In this document: one piece after another, positions 36,801 through 49,342 of the stretch
Position numbering within the stretch: position 1 is the first letter of the stretch
How the letters are laid out: the number at the start of each line of letters is the position of its first letter
Program-made: the position numbers and the translations under genes
The notes under the pieces: generated by a model
Told to the model about the DNA's origin: nothing
The model's input: the letters and a program-made list of their open reading frames with translations, nothing else
Databases searched by the model: none
NCBI RefSeq assembly: GCF_037042905.1
Contig: NC_087245.1
Location: 23,438,001 to 23,502,000 of the forward strand
Origin: Lytechinus pictus
Lineage: Eukaryota
Length of the DNA stretch: 64,000 nt
Direction: 5' to 3'

Positions 36801-39800
36801 TGTACGACTCTCCTTCGTGACCCAAGGACCCTGAGGAAGAATGGACGTCGTGATAAGACAGTAGGCCAACCGAGGGGAACAACCTGTGCAAACGACGCCG
36901 ACGACCGTGACGCCGAAAACGAGTGTCAGTTGGACATGCTGAGTGACAGCCTGAGTTCCGACGAGGATGAGAAAGAACAGCGCTCGTCTGAATGCGGATG
37001 TCTTCAAGAAGACTCAACATTACTCTATCAACAGAAAATTACTCACGGTCGTGCAGGGAATGATGGAGAGTTAATACAAAGTAAGGTACCTATGCAACTG
37101 ACCTCTGCAAGGATTGTTAATGGACGGATCGATTCGTTTCAATTTGAATCACAAAATTATGTAAGAACCGAGCGAACGTTCACTGAAATTCTAATAAGTC
37201 CGTTCCAGTGGCTTTGGCGTTTCCTTGACTTCTCCCTTTGTCGCGACGAACCATTCCTGAATTTCATCTATCTATCCACCTTCCTTTTTGCGATGGTTCA
37301 TTCCGCCTGGTACATATTCTTTGTTGCTCATGCCTTGGCCAAAGGGATAACACTTTCGAATGCCGTTCTGATCAATCTAGTCAGTGGGATTGGTGAAGGG
37401 ATTGGTGCTTTCATACAAGGACCCGTTACAGATAGAGGATGGATGACGCCACGGGGAATGTTCATGATGTTCTCTTTAATAAACAGTGTTGTTTTATTCC
37501 TTGACCCACTATTATCAAATACTATGCTTCTGACAATAGCGGGATTCACCAACGGCCTTTTCCTTGGCGGCAGCTTAACATTAACGTCAGTTATGCTTAA
37601 GGTAATTTCAAGCGTTTTTTTTATCAGGTTACGGGATAAAACTACTTTAAAAAAACATAATATTATAATAATGAAGGAAAGGAAACTTTAAACTACGATG
37701 TGTAGTATATGGTCTCATTTATTTTAATTTTTTTACCATACTACTGGGTTACTTTTACCTTAATCGGTAATTATGATAGGATGAATTCATCATAAAGCTC
37801 CCATAAAGCTCACCAACTATTGGTGACCGTCCTGGCCAGGAGATAAATCATACCTTTTCATTTTTTTCATATTCTATCTATAGGATACCGTATCCGAAGA
37901 TCGATTTTCGACATCCTACGGCTTGAGTAGTCTGACATATGGGCTTGCAGGACCTACTGGTGGTCTTGTTGCAGGTATTTATTATTTTGCCTACACCTTA
38001 AGATTTACGGAACATAATTTGATAACCATTTTCTATCACTGCTTGTAATCTCTATTTTGGCTCTCCCATTGGCTTATCGTCACCATTTATTCCAGTTATA
38101 AATTTATATTATTAATATTATTATTGAAGTTTATTGAATATACTTATTAACGACGATGATGACGATATATCGTCAATAATGATTATCATTTTATTATTAT
38201 TTTATTTGGCATTTCAAAAAACAAAGAATACAAACAGATCAGAGACAAGATCAATCAAAGTTGTACATGATTTTACAATATTCATTACTCCTTTACTATG
38301 GAATCATTTTGATTGATCTCGATATATTGTATCTTGTATGTTTTTTACAGATGTGAAATAAATTAATTTGAAATTTGAATCAGAGAAAATAAGACCTGGA
38401 TGAGAGTTGGAGAGGCTGCCTGGGTATGGAAAAGGCTAACTTAATAGCCATAACCCACAGGTCCTCCTCCCCAAACCTCCCAACCCCATCCAGGTCAGAC
38501 TAGTGGTAAAAATAAAATGAAGATATTTCGAATCGGCAAAATACAATGGTCATACATGTGACTTGGTCACTTCAAGCCAACCCCACAATACCTTCCCCAA
38601 TCACATTATTAAGAATCTACAAGCATTAGAATGATAAGCATCAAACATTAAAGCAATCGTAAATTTAAAAATATAAATACATAATACTACATCTATCATA
38701 AGTAATGGGATATAAGACGATAAGAATATATAAAAAAAAAACCATGTAAGAGTGATCAAATGACATAATATTGAGGTTGAAATAGGCCGGATTAGATTTA
38801 GTGTATAAATTATGAATAAACCTGCTCTTCAGTTGAAATTGGTCAATGAGGAAAGTAATAAATTAAGCATCATAGAAGGAAGTGTCATTATAAATCAGAC
38901 ATCTAATTATTCAAAAAACAGAAACATTTTCACGACGAAGGAGGTTCAGAACTTTTGAGATGTTTCCAGATACAATTTCATCTTTGATATATGTGAGGGC
39001 ATACTTTCCCATATAATCGGAAATCTATGTATTGCAGTTTGGTGCAAACGTTCGGTTCTGGCTTTCATGTGGTGGAATAGGATTGTGTGTTCACTCTGGC
39101 GTGATCGTACCGTTACTTTGTCCTTGACCGCCTCACATGATACAATGTTATACAGGTTTTTTTTTATTACAAATGACATCATTAGATACTTCCTTCTTGA
39201 TTCAAGAGTAAACCAAGAAAGGGTCTGTAAGCGCTGTGGGTAAGGCATTTCCTGTTGCCTTTGTTTCAAGATTACTCGCGTTGCCCTTCGCTGAACTCGT
39301 TCCAGGGCTTCAGTATGTTTCCTTGTGAAAACATACCATGACGGGACCCTGTATTCCAGGATTGGCAACATAAAGTGATTTGTACAGATAGCATTCTATT
39401 TGCCCTTTTAATTACGGTACATTATCAACCTGGTCATCCACAGGTCACACAAGAATTTAGGGTGACCCCGAGGTACTTGACAGAGTGTTCTTGTTCTATC
39501 ATTGTATCATCAATTGTGTACTCTGTTTGCCCTTTTTCTTACGAGGGGCAATCATAAGAACTTTAGTTTTTGTAGCATTAAGTTGCATTTTGTTTGATTC
39601 ACACCAGTTAATTACACATGAAATGTCAGCTTGGAGTAATTGTTTATCGGACTCATTTCGTATTATACGGTATAAGAGCGTGTCGTCTGCAAAGAGCACA
39701 CATTGCGATTTTACTACATGAGTGATGTCATTAACGAACAGATTGAATAATCTTGGCCCTAATACACTTCCCTGAGGTATTCCTGAAGTAACTTTTGACC

Positions 39801-40818
39801 AGCATGATCGTGATCCCCGGAACTGAACGGTTTGCTCTCTCCCACAAACAAAATAATGATAAAAGTAACATGGAAATATAATAAAATGGTGCAAAGGTTT
39901 TGACTTGCCTTGCCCAAGTGATGACACTGACCACATGAAATCGCTGACGTCTGTAGTTGACTTTCAGCGTCACAATCCGAAAGAACTGAACGTGAACTAG
40001 GGCTCGAACCTCGGACCCATCAATCTGATTGTATTTTGTACGTGCAACTGGATTACAGATACATGCCACAACGTCCCTGGCCACTGAGTCTTTCATTCAA
40101 GTGGCGTTTTGTGTTGTTAATGGGGGGGGGGGGGGTAGGGATTAGTGCTCTTAGCGAAGAAGAGACCAAAAAAAGAAGAAAAGAAAGAAGGAACAAAATG
40201 CTATTTTTACCCCTACAATATAATACAAAGGAGTAGATTCGTTTGACTGTTTGGGGTTTTTAAGAGAACGCTTTTCTACTACTTAGTTTTGTGCGCGTTT
40301 TCCTTAGTTTTGTACCTTGTATTATCCCATGTTTTAGAATATCATACCACGCCTTCTCCATAAAAAAAAACTTTCAACAAGCTTTCTTTTAAAAGGGGTT
40401 CGGAAATTAAAGATATACCAATAACATTGTTGTTGTTTTATTCATTATTCCGAAGGCACAAGTTTCATCAGGTTGTTACAACACAACAAACTTTTGACAT
40501 TTTGGCTTCCATTTTTTTTTGTGCACGATTTTTGGATAATGATATAGACGACGCGGGTTAAATAATTGTTAATTATAAATCAATTAATCAATTAATTAAT
40601 AAATGAATAAATAAATTAATTGATCATTGTCTTTTTTTCTTAAATCACATTCAGGATGGATAGCATCAGTAGCTGGTTATGAAATGACATTTGTTTTTCT
40701 TGGAGGGTTGAATGTTGCTGCTCTACTAACAATGATTCCTGCTTATTACCACTACGACACCAAGCCTAAACACCGAGAAAGAGGAGATCAAAATGACGAA
40801 AGAGATACACCAATCTAA
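33836..40818 (+). CDS. Monocarboxylate-transporter-like MFS protein (SLC16 family), about 567 aa; exons 33836-34133, 36153-36296, 36595-37601, 37884-37974, 40655-40818
   Basis: GT-AG exons in compatible phase total 1704 nt; hydrophobic TM segments; MCT-like motifs GIIKGFGVLV, GAGFALVSLPSIVVCNRYF, GTILLLGGLSLN and LAGPTGGLVAGWI; large central loop. Confidence 0.9.
34166..34444. mobile_element. Non-autonomous CACTA/EnSpm-like element
   Basis: ta|cactgttagaaaa ... tttttaacagtg|ta. Confidence 0.8.
34665..35609. mobile_element. Non-autonomous hAT-like element
   Basis: caggggcggc...gccgcccctg TIR, 8-bp TSD tgtagtat, internal gcgagcgcgaagcgcgagc repeats. Confidence 0.9.
35617..35960. repeat. Degenerate ~40-bp minisatellite
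   Basis: Units resemble ccgttttaagaatgagattttcacccttccgtcgcatcgat. Confidence 0.8.
38780..39860 (-). mobile_element. 5'-truncated CR1-group LINE fragment in transporter intron 4
   Basis: VTSGIPQGSVLGP, LFADDTLLYR, PILEY...W, LERVQRRATR, TLESRR. Confidence 0.88.
39870..40095 (-). mobile_element. tRNA-derived SINE-like fragment
   Basis: Minus-strand B-box ggttcgagcc followed by a cttgggcaag core. Confidence 0.45.
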
Positions 40819-40958
40819 CACCTTCCATGTTCTTACAATATTATGTACAACGATTCCAGCTTATAACCACTATATGGCACCAATCTGAAACACCGAGGAG
40901 ATCAAATGATGACAGAGAAACACCAATCTACACACTAAGAAATTCGGGTTCAATTTTA

Positions 40959-41510
40959 CGGTTACACTTCGTAATTCCGAAGGTTCGTAATTCCGAAACA
41001 CGTAAATTGCCTATACCTCGATGTTCGTTAATCCGAAAACGTAAAAGGGTTCGTTAATCCGAACATTTGTGGCGTTATTCCAAAGGTTCGTTGTTCCGAA
41101 GGTTCGATAATACGAAAACGAAATAAGGTTCGATGTTCCGAAGGTTCGTTAGTCCGAAAACGAAATAATGTTCGTTGTTCCAAAGGTGCGTTAATCCGAA
41201 AACGAAATAAGGTTTGTTGTTCCGAAGGTTCGTTAGTCCGAAAACGAAATAAGGTTCGTTAATCATTACGTTTTCGGACTAACGAACCTTCGGAATTACG
41301 AACCTTATTTCGTTTTCGGATTAACGAATCTTCGGATTTACGAACCTCATTTCGTTTTCGGATTGACGAACCTTCGGAATTACGAACCTTATTTCGTTTT
41401 CGGATTCTTCGCAATTACGAATCTTCGGAATTACGAACCTTCGGAAATACGATCCTTCGGAATAACCGAACCGTCGGAATAACGAAGCTTCGGAATTACG
41501 AATGTATGCG
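40959..41510. mobile_element. Foldback MITE built of ttcg/cgaa repeats (nested)
   Basis: Inverted halves of ccgaaggttcgttaatccgaaaacgaaat units. Confidence 0.8.
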
Positions 41511-42166
41511 AATTTGGTACCCCTAGGGGTGCACAGGCTTGTCCCTATATACGAGTACCCCTAGGGGTGCACACGTACACCCCGAATAGGGGTGTACAGT
41601 GTGCAGTGTGCACCCCTATTTGGGGTTTCCATCTGCACCTCAGACGGTGTACACGTACGTCTACCCCTGAGGGTGCATAATGTACCCCACCTAAAATAAC
41701 AAAAAGATTGTCGAGATTTTCGGCCCATTTACTTTCTGTATCGATTTTTTAGTTACCTTGGTTGAGACTCGAACTCGCCTCGTTGTGTCTGTAGTCAAGA
41801 TTCTTCCCGCTATGCCAACGAGAATCGCTGAATCCGGAGGAGGTCTCCAGGGATATGATCCGCTTCCTTTTTGACTTGTGCTGATAGTTGTGATTCAAGT
41901 AGCTCTATTTACTGTTTCTCCAAATGTATACGTAATCAAATGGGTTTTGAAACAAATAAATATTAAATATTAACAATTTACGTAGATAAAGTGTGGCGTT
42001 AGTGCATTGTTATTTCGGGTAATCTTCGATCACAAATCAACTTTATCTATATCATACGTCTATCATGCAGCGAGACTGGTGGGGTGCACGCAAAGAGTAC
42101 AGGGGTGTACAACAGACACGTAATCTCGCAAAAGAGCTAACTTGCACCTCGATGGTTTTGCGAGGT

Positions 42167-45100
42167 CGGCCCTAATCTGGCAAAAGGGTCTATCTGCAAA
42201 ATTTTGGATTTTTTTTTTTTTTCATATCTAGGGTTTATGAGGCCAAAATTTTCATCTGGCCAACTCTCAGTGGTGCTCGAGCTTTCGTTTTCGAGATACC
42301 AGAGGACACCAATATCAAATTCCATCATTTTACTGGTATCTAATCTGGCAGAAGGGTCTATCTGCACATAGACCCTATAAAAAGTGGTAGTAATCTGGCA
42401 AAGGGGTTTATCTGCACATAGACCCTTTTGCCAGATTACATGGTGGAGAAGACGTATTTATTTAATCAGGCAAAAGGGTCTATCTAGTCCAGTAGATATG
42501 TGAAAAAGATGCTCGAATCTGGCAGAAAGTGTAAAATTTGGCATACAGGGGTATTTTGGGGCGCTGATTTCAAAAATTGCCGGCCCCAAGCGATTTTACC
42601 ATCGGGTTGGCTGCCATTTTGAAATGCAAGATGGCCACCATGAAAAATCATTAAATGTCATTTTCTTGAGTTTTACATGGCATGTGACACTGAAATTTGG
42701 CATATAGGGGTATTTTGAGGCACTGATTTCAAATATTGCCGGCCCCCAGCAATTTGACCATTCGGCCGGCGGTAAAATCACCGCCATTTTGAAATCCAAG
42801 ATGGCCGCCATGATATATTATTGCAATCATTTTCTCGACTTTTATATGAACTGCGGTATTGATATTTGGCATATAGGTTTAATTTGGGGTGCTAATTTCG
42901 AATATTGTCGGCCCCAAGTGATTTGACCATCAGGTCGGCTGCCATTTTGAAATCCAAGATGGCCGCCATGAGAAATCATTAAATGTAATTTTCTTGAGTT
43001 TTACATGACATGTAACACTGAAATTTGGCATATGGGGGTATTTTAAAGCACTGATTTCAAATATTGCCGGCCCCCAGCAATTTGACCATTTGGTTGGCAG
43101 CAAAATGGCCGCCATGAAATATCGTTGCAATCATTTTCTCGAGTTTTATATGAACTGCGGTATTGAAATTTGGCATATATGCTTAATTTTGGGCGCTGAT
43201 TTCAAATATTGCCGGCCTCAAGCGATTTGACCATCGGGTCAGCCGCCATTTGAAATCAAAGATGGCCGCCATGAAAAATCATTGAACTCATTTTCTTGAA
43301 TTTTACATATGTGCCACTAAAATTTGTAGTATATGGGTATCTGGGTGCGTTAATAAAAAAAATTGCTGGCTCCAAGGAATCTGACAATTGGTCGGCGGAA
43401 AAATGGCCGTCATTTTGAAATCCAAGCTGGCTGCCATAGAAATTTTGCAATTATTTCGTTGAGTTTTATATGATCTGCGGCATTGCACTTTGACATATAG
43501 AAGTAGTGTGGGGAGCTTATTTCAAATATTGCCGGCCCTCAGCGATCTGATCCCCTGAGTCAAGGTTATACGGGCGTAATTACAACTGGCAGGCCAAAGA
43601 TATTCATTCGAGCAAAGCCACCCTAAATTTTTAATTTTGATATTGCTGATTTTCAAAAATTAATATGATTGATAATCTTACACTAATTCTAGGGAGGGTA
43701 ACTTTACTGAACTTGCTTTTTTAAAATTGGGAAGAATATCACCACTTTGGAACTATTTTTATACTGGCGGAAGAAGTATTGCCATTTTACTGTCTCAAGC
43801 CATGAATTTGATCCTGTCAGGTGTAGTCTTCATAAATGCCGATTTATTTTTAAAATGAGCTGCTCGAGGTACCCTTTTCTTAAGATGGCTGCCATGAAAA
43901 CAAAATACATACATGTACATAATACCAATTTACAGTGTCACATGTAATGTATAGCTCAGGAAAGATATTTCATAATAGCCATCCTAGATTTCAAAGTGGC
44001 GGCCATTTTCAGCTGACCTGGTGGATCAATCAATGGGGCAGCAATATTCTAAAACCAGCAGGCCAAAACCTGCCTGTACATGTATGTCTAAAATGTAGTG
44101 CCTCAAATTATTTAAAACTCAAGAAAATAATTTGGATTTTCATGACAGTCGATCCTCTCTAGATTTCAAGATGGTGGCCATTTTGCAGCCTATCTATTGG
44201 ACAGACTACTGGGGGAAATTTCAATACCCCAAGTGTCAAATTTCAAAATAATATCTACGTTATAATTATAATACCTGATTTTTTTAAATAATTTTGTTTT
44301 CATGGCAGCCATCTTGGATTTCGAGATGGCTGCCAGTTTGCAGCTGAGGTATCACGGGCCTAAAATATTTCCCATAGACTCGTGTGTTAAAGAGGCGCTC
44401 AAAAAAAGGATGAAATTCGAGAATTGAATGTTCACTACCAGTGGATAGGATACATGTCTGACATTCCATATCTGACCAGAAAAGGGTACCTCGAGCAGCT
44501 CATTTTAAAAATAAATCGGCATTTATGAAGACTACACCTGACAGGATCAAATTCATGGCTTGAGACAGTAAAATGGCAATACTTCTTCCGCCAGTATAAA
44601 AATAGTTCCAAAGTGGTGATATATCATCCCAATTTGAAAAAAGAAAGTTCAGTAAAGTTACCCTCCCTAGAATCAGTGTAAGATTATCAATCATATTCAT
44701 TCATTTTTGTCAATCAGCAATATCAAAATTAAAGATTTAAAATGGGTTTGCTGGAATGAATATCTTTGGCCTGCCAGTTGTAATTACGCCCGTATAACCC
44801 TGACTCAGGGGATCAGATCGCTGAGGGCCAGCAATATTTGAAATAAGCTTCCCACACTACTTCTATATGTCAAAGTACAATGCCGCAGAACATTGCAAAA
44901 GGTGAATACAGATTTAAGAAAAGAAGGATAGCACGAAAGAAGAAGAGTAGAGAAAAAGAACAGGAGAGCAAGGGAGAGAGGAGAAAAAGGCAAAAAATAG
45001 AAGAAATGAAAAAACACAATTGGTAGATGTTAGACTGCCATATAAAAAATAAAATCATAGATTTTAGAAGAAAACATATAGCTCTTAAAGAATGAAAGGC

Positions 45101-46626
45101 AAAGTAAAACTCTTCGTCAGTCTGTGGCATGAGAAAGAGAAATCAAAATACAATTGGTTATAATTAATGAAGATCTTATAAGATGGATTAAATTTAAAAA
45201 AAATATTGTTATGCCCAACTTTATAATTGATTAATTTTGTATAATCAACAATATCCTTGCCAATTAAGTGTAAAATCTTGGATAGTGTCATCATTATTAT
45301 TATTATTTTATTTATTTATTTATTTATGTATTTTTTGTTGGGGGGGTTAGGTTTTACATTTTTCAATCGCTAAGACACCCTGTGCATCCAACCAATTGCT
45401 TTCAGAACAAAGTAAACTAGTTATGAACGCCTAGTAAATCAAATGGTTTTTGTAACATTCCTGGGAGACCAAATGGCTGGCTGTGGACCAAATGCCTACT
45501 TAGACCAATTAGTTACGGACCAAACGCCTAGTAGATCAAATGTTTTTTGTTACATTCCTGGTCGACCAAATGCCTACTTAGACCAATTAGTTACGGACCA
45601 AATGCCTAGTAGACCAAATGGTTTTTGTAACATTCCTCGTAGACCAAATGGTTGTGGACCAAATGAAATGACTACTTAGACCAAATGGTTGTGGACCAGA
45701 CGCCTAGAAGACCAAATGCTTGTGGACCAAATGCATAGTAGACCAAATAGTTTTTTTTTTTTTATCAATGCCTAGTAGACCGAATGGTCGTGGACTCAAC
45801 GCCTAGTAGACCAGTGGTTTTGTAACAACGTCTAGTAGACCAAATGCTTATGGACCAAACACCTAGTAGACCAAATTGTTGTGGACCAAACGCCTAGTAG
45901 ACCAAATGGTTGTGGACCAAACGCCTATTAGACCAAATGGTTTTGTAACAACGCCTATAGTTGTGGACCAAACGCCTAGTAGACCAAATGGTTTTGTAAC
46001 AAATGCCTAGTAGATGGTTATGGACCAAACGGTCAGCAGACCAAATGGTTTTGGACAAAATGGATAGTAAACCAAGTGGTTGTAGACCATGAAGTTGAGA
46101 GTCCTGCGCAGCCTGTCCAATATTATAATAGTTTACCAACCGTGCAGATATACCTTTCTACCTGGTTAAATTAACACAATTTCCCTTTGTAACAGGGTGT
46201 ATCTGCAGATAGACCCCGTTTGCCTGATAAAATAAACATATTATCTGCCATCATTTAATCTGGCAAAAAGGTCTATGTGCAGATAGACCCTTTTGCCAGA
46301 TTACAGCCAATATTTATAGGGTCTATGTGCAGATAGACCCTTTTGCCAGATAAATATCACTGTCTTTGCTCCCGAGATTAATCTGGCAAAAGGGTCTATC
46401 TGCATTAAATTGGATCTTACAAGAAAAGTAAAGGGATTCAAATAATAAAAAGGGACTAAAAATAATTTTTTAAAGATAAACTAAGTGATAGAATAGAGTC
46501 CACCAGCTAAAATTAACTCTCAAGTATTCTACAAGTAAATTAAATGCTCAAACTTCAAAGCTGATATTCTCAGAAAGTTTTTCGAGGGCGAATGTGCAGA
46601 TAGACCCTTTTGCCAGATTAGGGCCG
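42167..46626. mobile_element. Nested TIR element with 4-bp TSD (Sola-like)
   Basis: 32-bp TIR cggccctaatctggcaaaagggtctatctgca, TSD aggt on both sides, subterminal copies of the TIR motif. Confidence 0.85.
45425..46100. repeat. ~30-bp tandem repeat (cctagtagaccaaatggttgtggaccaaacg)
   Basis: About 20 degenerate head-to-tail units with no unique spacers. Confidence 0.9.
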
Positions 46627-47165
46627 AGGTGTACGCACGTATCGTACACCCCATTTGCACCGGGATTTCTTAGTGTGTAACCTTTCCTTGTTTTACAATC
46701 ACAAAATATTATTCCCGCTTATTACTTCTATAATACCAATCTGAAACACAGAGGAGATCAAGTGATGATGAGAAACACCAATCTAACACCTTCCATGTTC
46801 TCACAATTATTATGTACTATATGATTCCAGCTTATAATCACTATGGTGCCAATCTGAAACACCGAGGAGATCCAAAGGATGACAGAGAAACACCAATCTC
46901 ACACTTTTCCATGTTCTTACAATAAGTATGGACAATGACCACTGTAGCACCAATCTGAAACACCGAGGAGATCAAAAAGAGGATAGAGAAACACAGATCT
47001 ACACTTTCCTTGTTTTTTCAATCACGTACAATGATTCCCGCTAACACCAATCTGAAACACCATATCAAGAGATCGGGGGGGGGGGGGGGGGGGAGGGACC
47101 CACGTGTAATGGTGGTTGGTTGGTTGAGTTTAGTGGTGGTATTATGTGCGGCCATTAAAAACCCC

Positions 47166-47659
47166 TTTTTGTCTCGCCCACCAGAGGTGAAGGCGAGACT
47201 TAGTGATCAAAATGTCGTCCGTCCGTCACAAACCTAATGACACATAACTCCACAACCGTAAGTCGCTTTTCAACCAAACTTGGATGGTAGATGGACTTGG
47301 GGGACCTGCATGTTATGCTGCAGTCGGAGGTCACATGGTTAGGTCAAAGTTCATTTTCAGGTCAATGTTAAAGTTTACATGAAAGACTCTTATGACACCT
47401 GACTCCGCAACCGTAAGTCACTTTTCAACAAAACTTGGATGGTAGATGGACTTGAGGGATTTGCATGTTATTGCTGCAGTCGGAGGTCACAGGTCAACAT
47501 TTAAGTTTACGTGCAAGGCTCTTATGACAAGTGATATTCCATCCCAGTCATTTCACAATGAAGTTTCGATACAATTATGTTGCGTGCCCCCGCAAATCAC
47601 GATATTTCTGGTTATTTTCAGCATAAGTGGGCGAGACACAAAATCGCTTTTGCCTTGTT
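47166..47659 (+). mobile_element. Helentron-associated HINE / DINE-1/Tsp-like element
   Basis: Starts in a T-run; subterminal IR gtctcgccca...tgggcgagac, (gtcc)n microsatellite, two tandem core repeats, 3' short stem then TT. Confidence 0.8.
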
Positions 47660-47837
47660 ATGCCTTGTCAGCATTGCAGTTCCCGAACATATAATTTTCA
47701 CCCTTTTTTTTATTTACCACCCCCCCCCCGTTCCTAAGCCGCTTATTCCAGGCATCACTTCTCGAAGACCCCATGCTCAATTCCAGTTTGACACCCCCAT
47801 AAGCAGAGGGCCATCTAGTATAGCAACTTAAGTTCTT

Positions 47838-48880
47838 TTTTATAATTCAGTTTTTATTGATATAATTATACAAACGGCAATAAAAAACAATTACATGAAA
47901 TATCACACATTAAATACAATATAAACAAAATTGAATAAAAAAGAATTGAAAAGGGAATAAAGGAGCGACACGAATTTCAATACATAGAGATTGATAAAGA
48001 TAACCATGAACATTCACAGCAAATTACAGCTCAAATCTCCATTTGCGGAAATGAAGAGTTGGTTTACCTTGCTTTTTGGCTATCCTATACTCTGTTTCTC
48101 TATTAACGTTCAAATAAATCTAAAAAGCTTGGTAGGTGGGAGAGTTATTTTGGAATTTACAAATATAAATAAAAAATTTAAGTAAAAGAACAATATAAGT
48201 CACAAATCTATCGTCTTTGTATCCAAACATTCTTTCAAAGGGTGTAAATTTAATGTTATGTATTTTCATATTTATAGATTTAACCACTTCCAAAGAGGTT
48301 GAATGTGGGTGCATTCCATAAACAAATGTACAAATGTTTTTGGTTTGCTTTTACAAAAATCACAATTTGGAGAGTCCTTTCTTTTAATCTTATGTAAAAA
48401 GAAATTAAGGGCAATTGCTCTATGAAAGAATTTGACATAAAAAGAACGAAAACGGGTATTGATCGAACATTTAAAAATTTTTAGATTAATTTCTTTCCAA
48501 TTCAAAGGTACATCTTTACAGAGAGCATTCCAGTATGCATGGTATGATAAGGCGTTTTCAGGAATACAGTCCTCCAACATCGTATTATACACATATTTAA
48601 GAACCTTGGATATTTGCATAAGTTTGGATTTGATCCTATCAAAAATATTATGCTGGTTGAAATCAGAGCTAACAAGCCAGCCTTCTGGAATATTTTTCAT
48701 CAAAAAATTAAGTTTCCTCCTGTCGTGTAAATCAACACCATAATCAAGAACAATGTCTTCAAATAATTTACTACCTGGAATAGGAGGGTCAAGTAAATTG
48801 CTAATATAAATCAAATTTTTATCCAACCAGTCTTCATATAAAAAGTAATGTTTTGATTTGGATCTAATATTCCTGTTAAA
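47838..48880 (-). mobile_element. 5'-truncated L1/Tx1 LINE, related to the element at 11935-17484
   Basis: ORF2 C-terminus (KLFEDIVLDY, INTRFRSFY, SPNCDFC...HLFMEC); 16-bp TSD agcaact(t/g)aagttctt at 47822-47837 and 48881-48896. Confidence 0.92.
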
Positions 48881-49342
48881 AGCAACTGAAGTTCTTATTC
48901 CACATCGCTACCCTTTCAAAATATGAGTGCCCGAGGTTATCACTACCATGACCACGACACCAAGCTGAAACACCGAGGAAATCGTAACGATGATAAAGAC
49001 AACACCAATCTCCTGGACATAATCAGATTACCATGTGGATCCATAATTTTATTCTGTATTATGTCTTCTAAAGAATAGTGGTTCTTGTCACATTTTTCTT
49101 TTGTTTTTAAAATTTCATGTCTGCCAATTATAATGCAAATTTGTGATTTAATTTGATTTGAAACGATAAAACATGCAATGAAAAATATATCTGAATATAA
49201 ACACTTTCTATGTTCTTACGTATTCATTTCCGCCTGTACCAAGCCAAAACACCGAAGAGATCAAAACGATGATAGATATCAAAAACACCAAAACATGTAC
49301 GATATACTGTCTCTGTTCTTTCAATAATGATTCCCTCTTTAA

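Larger units (their letters stand above)
40931..46677. mobile_element. CACTA/EnSpm-like non-autonomous element hosting nested insertions
   Basis: ta|cacactaagaaat ... atttcttagtgtg|ta; removing it rejoins the flanking repeat unit caccaatcta-acc. Confidence 0.85.

Noticed and set aside
40959..41510. Regular ~39-bp repeats and repetitive ORF 41075-41266
   Set aside because: Internal repeats of a foldback MITE; neither CRISPR nor coding.
45425..46100. ~30-bp regularly spaced repeats resembling a CRISPR array
   Set aside because: Head-to-tail degenerate units with no unique spacers, no cas genes, eukaryotic context.
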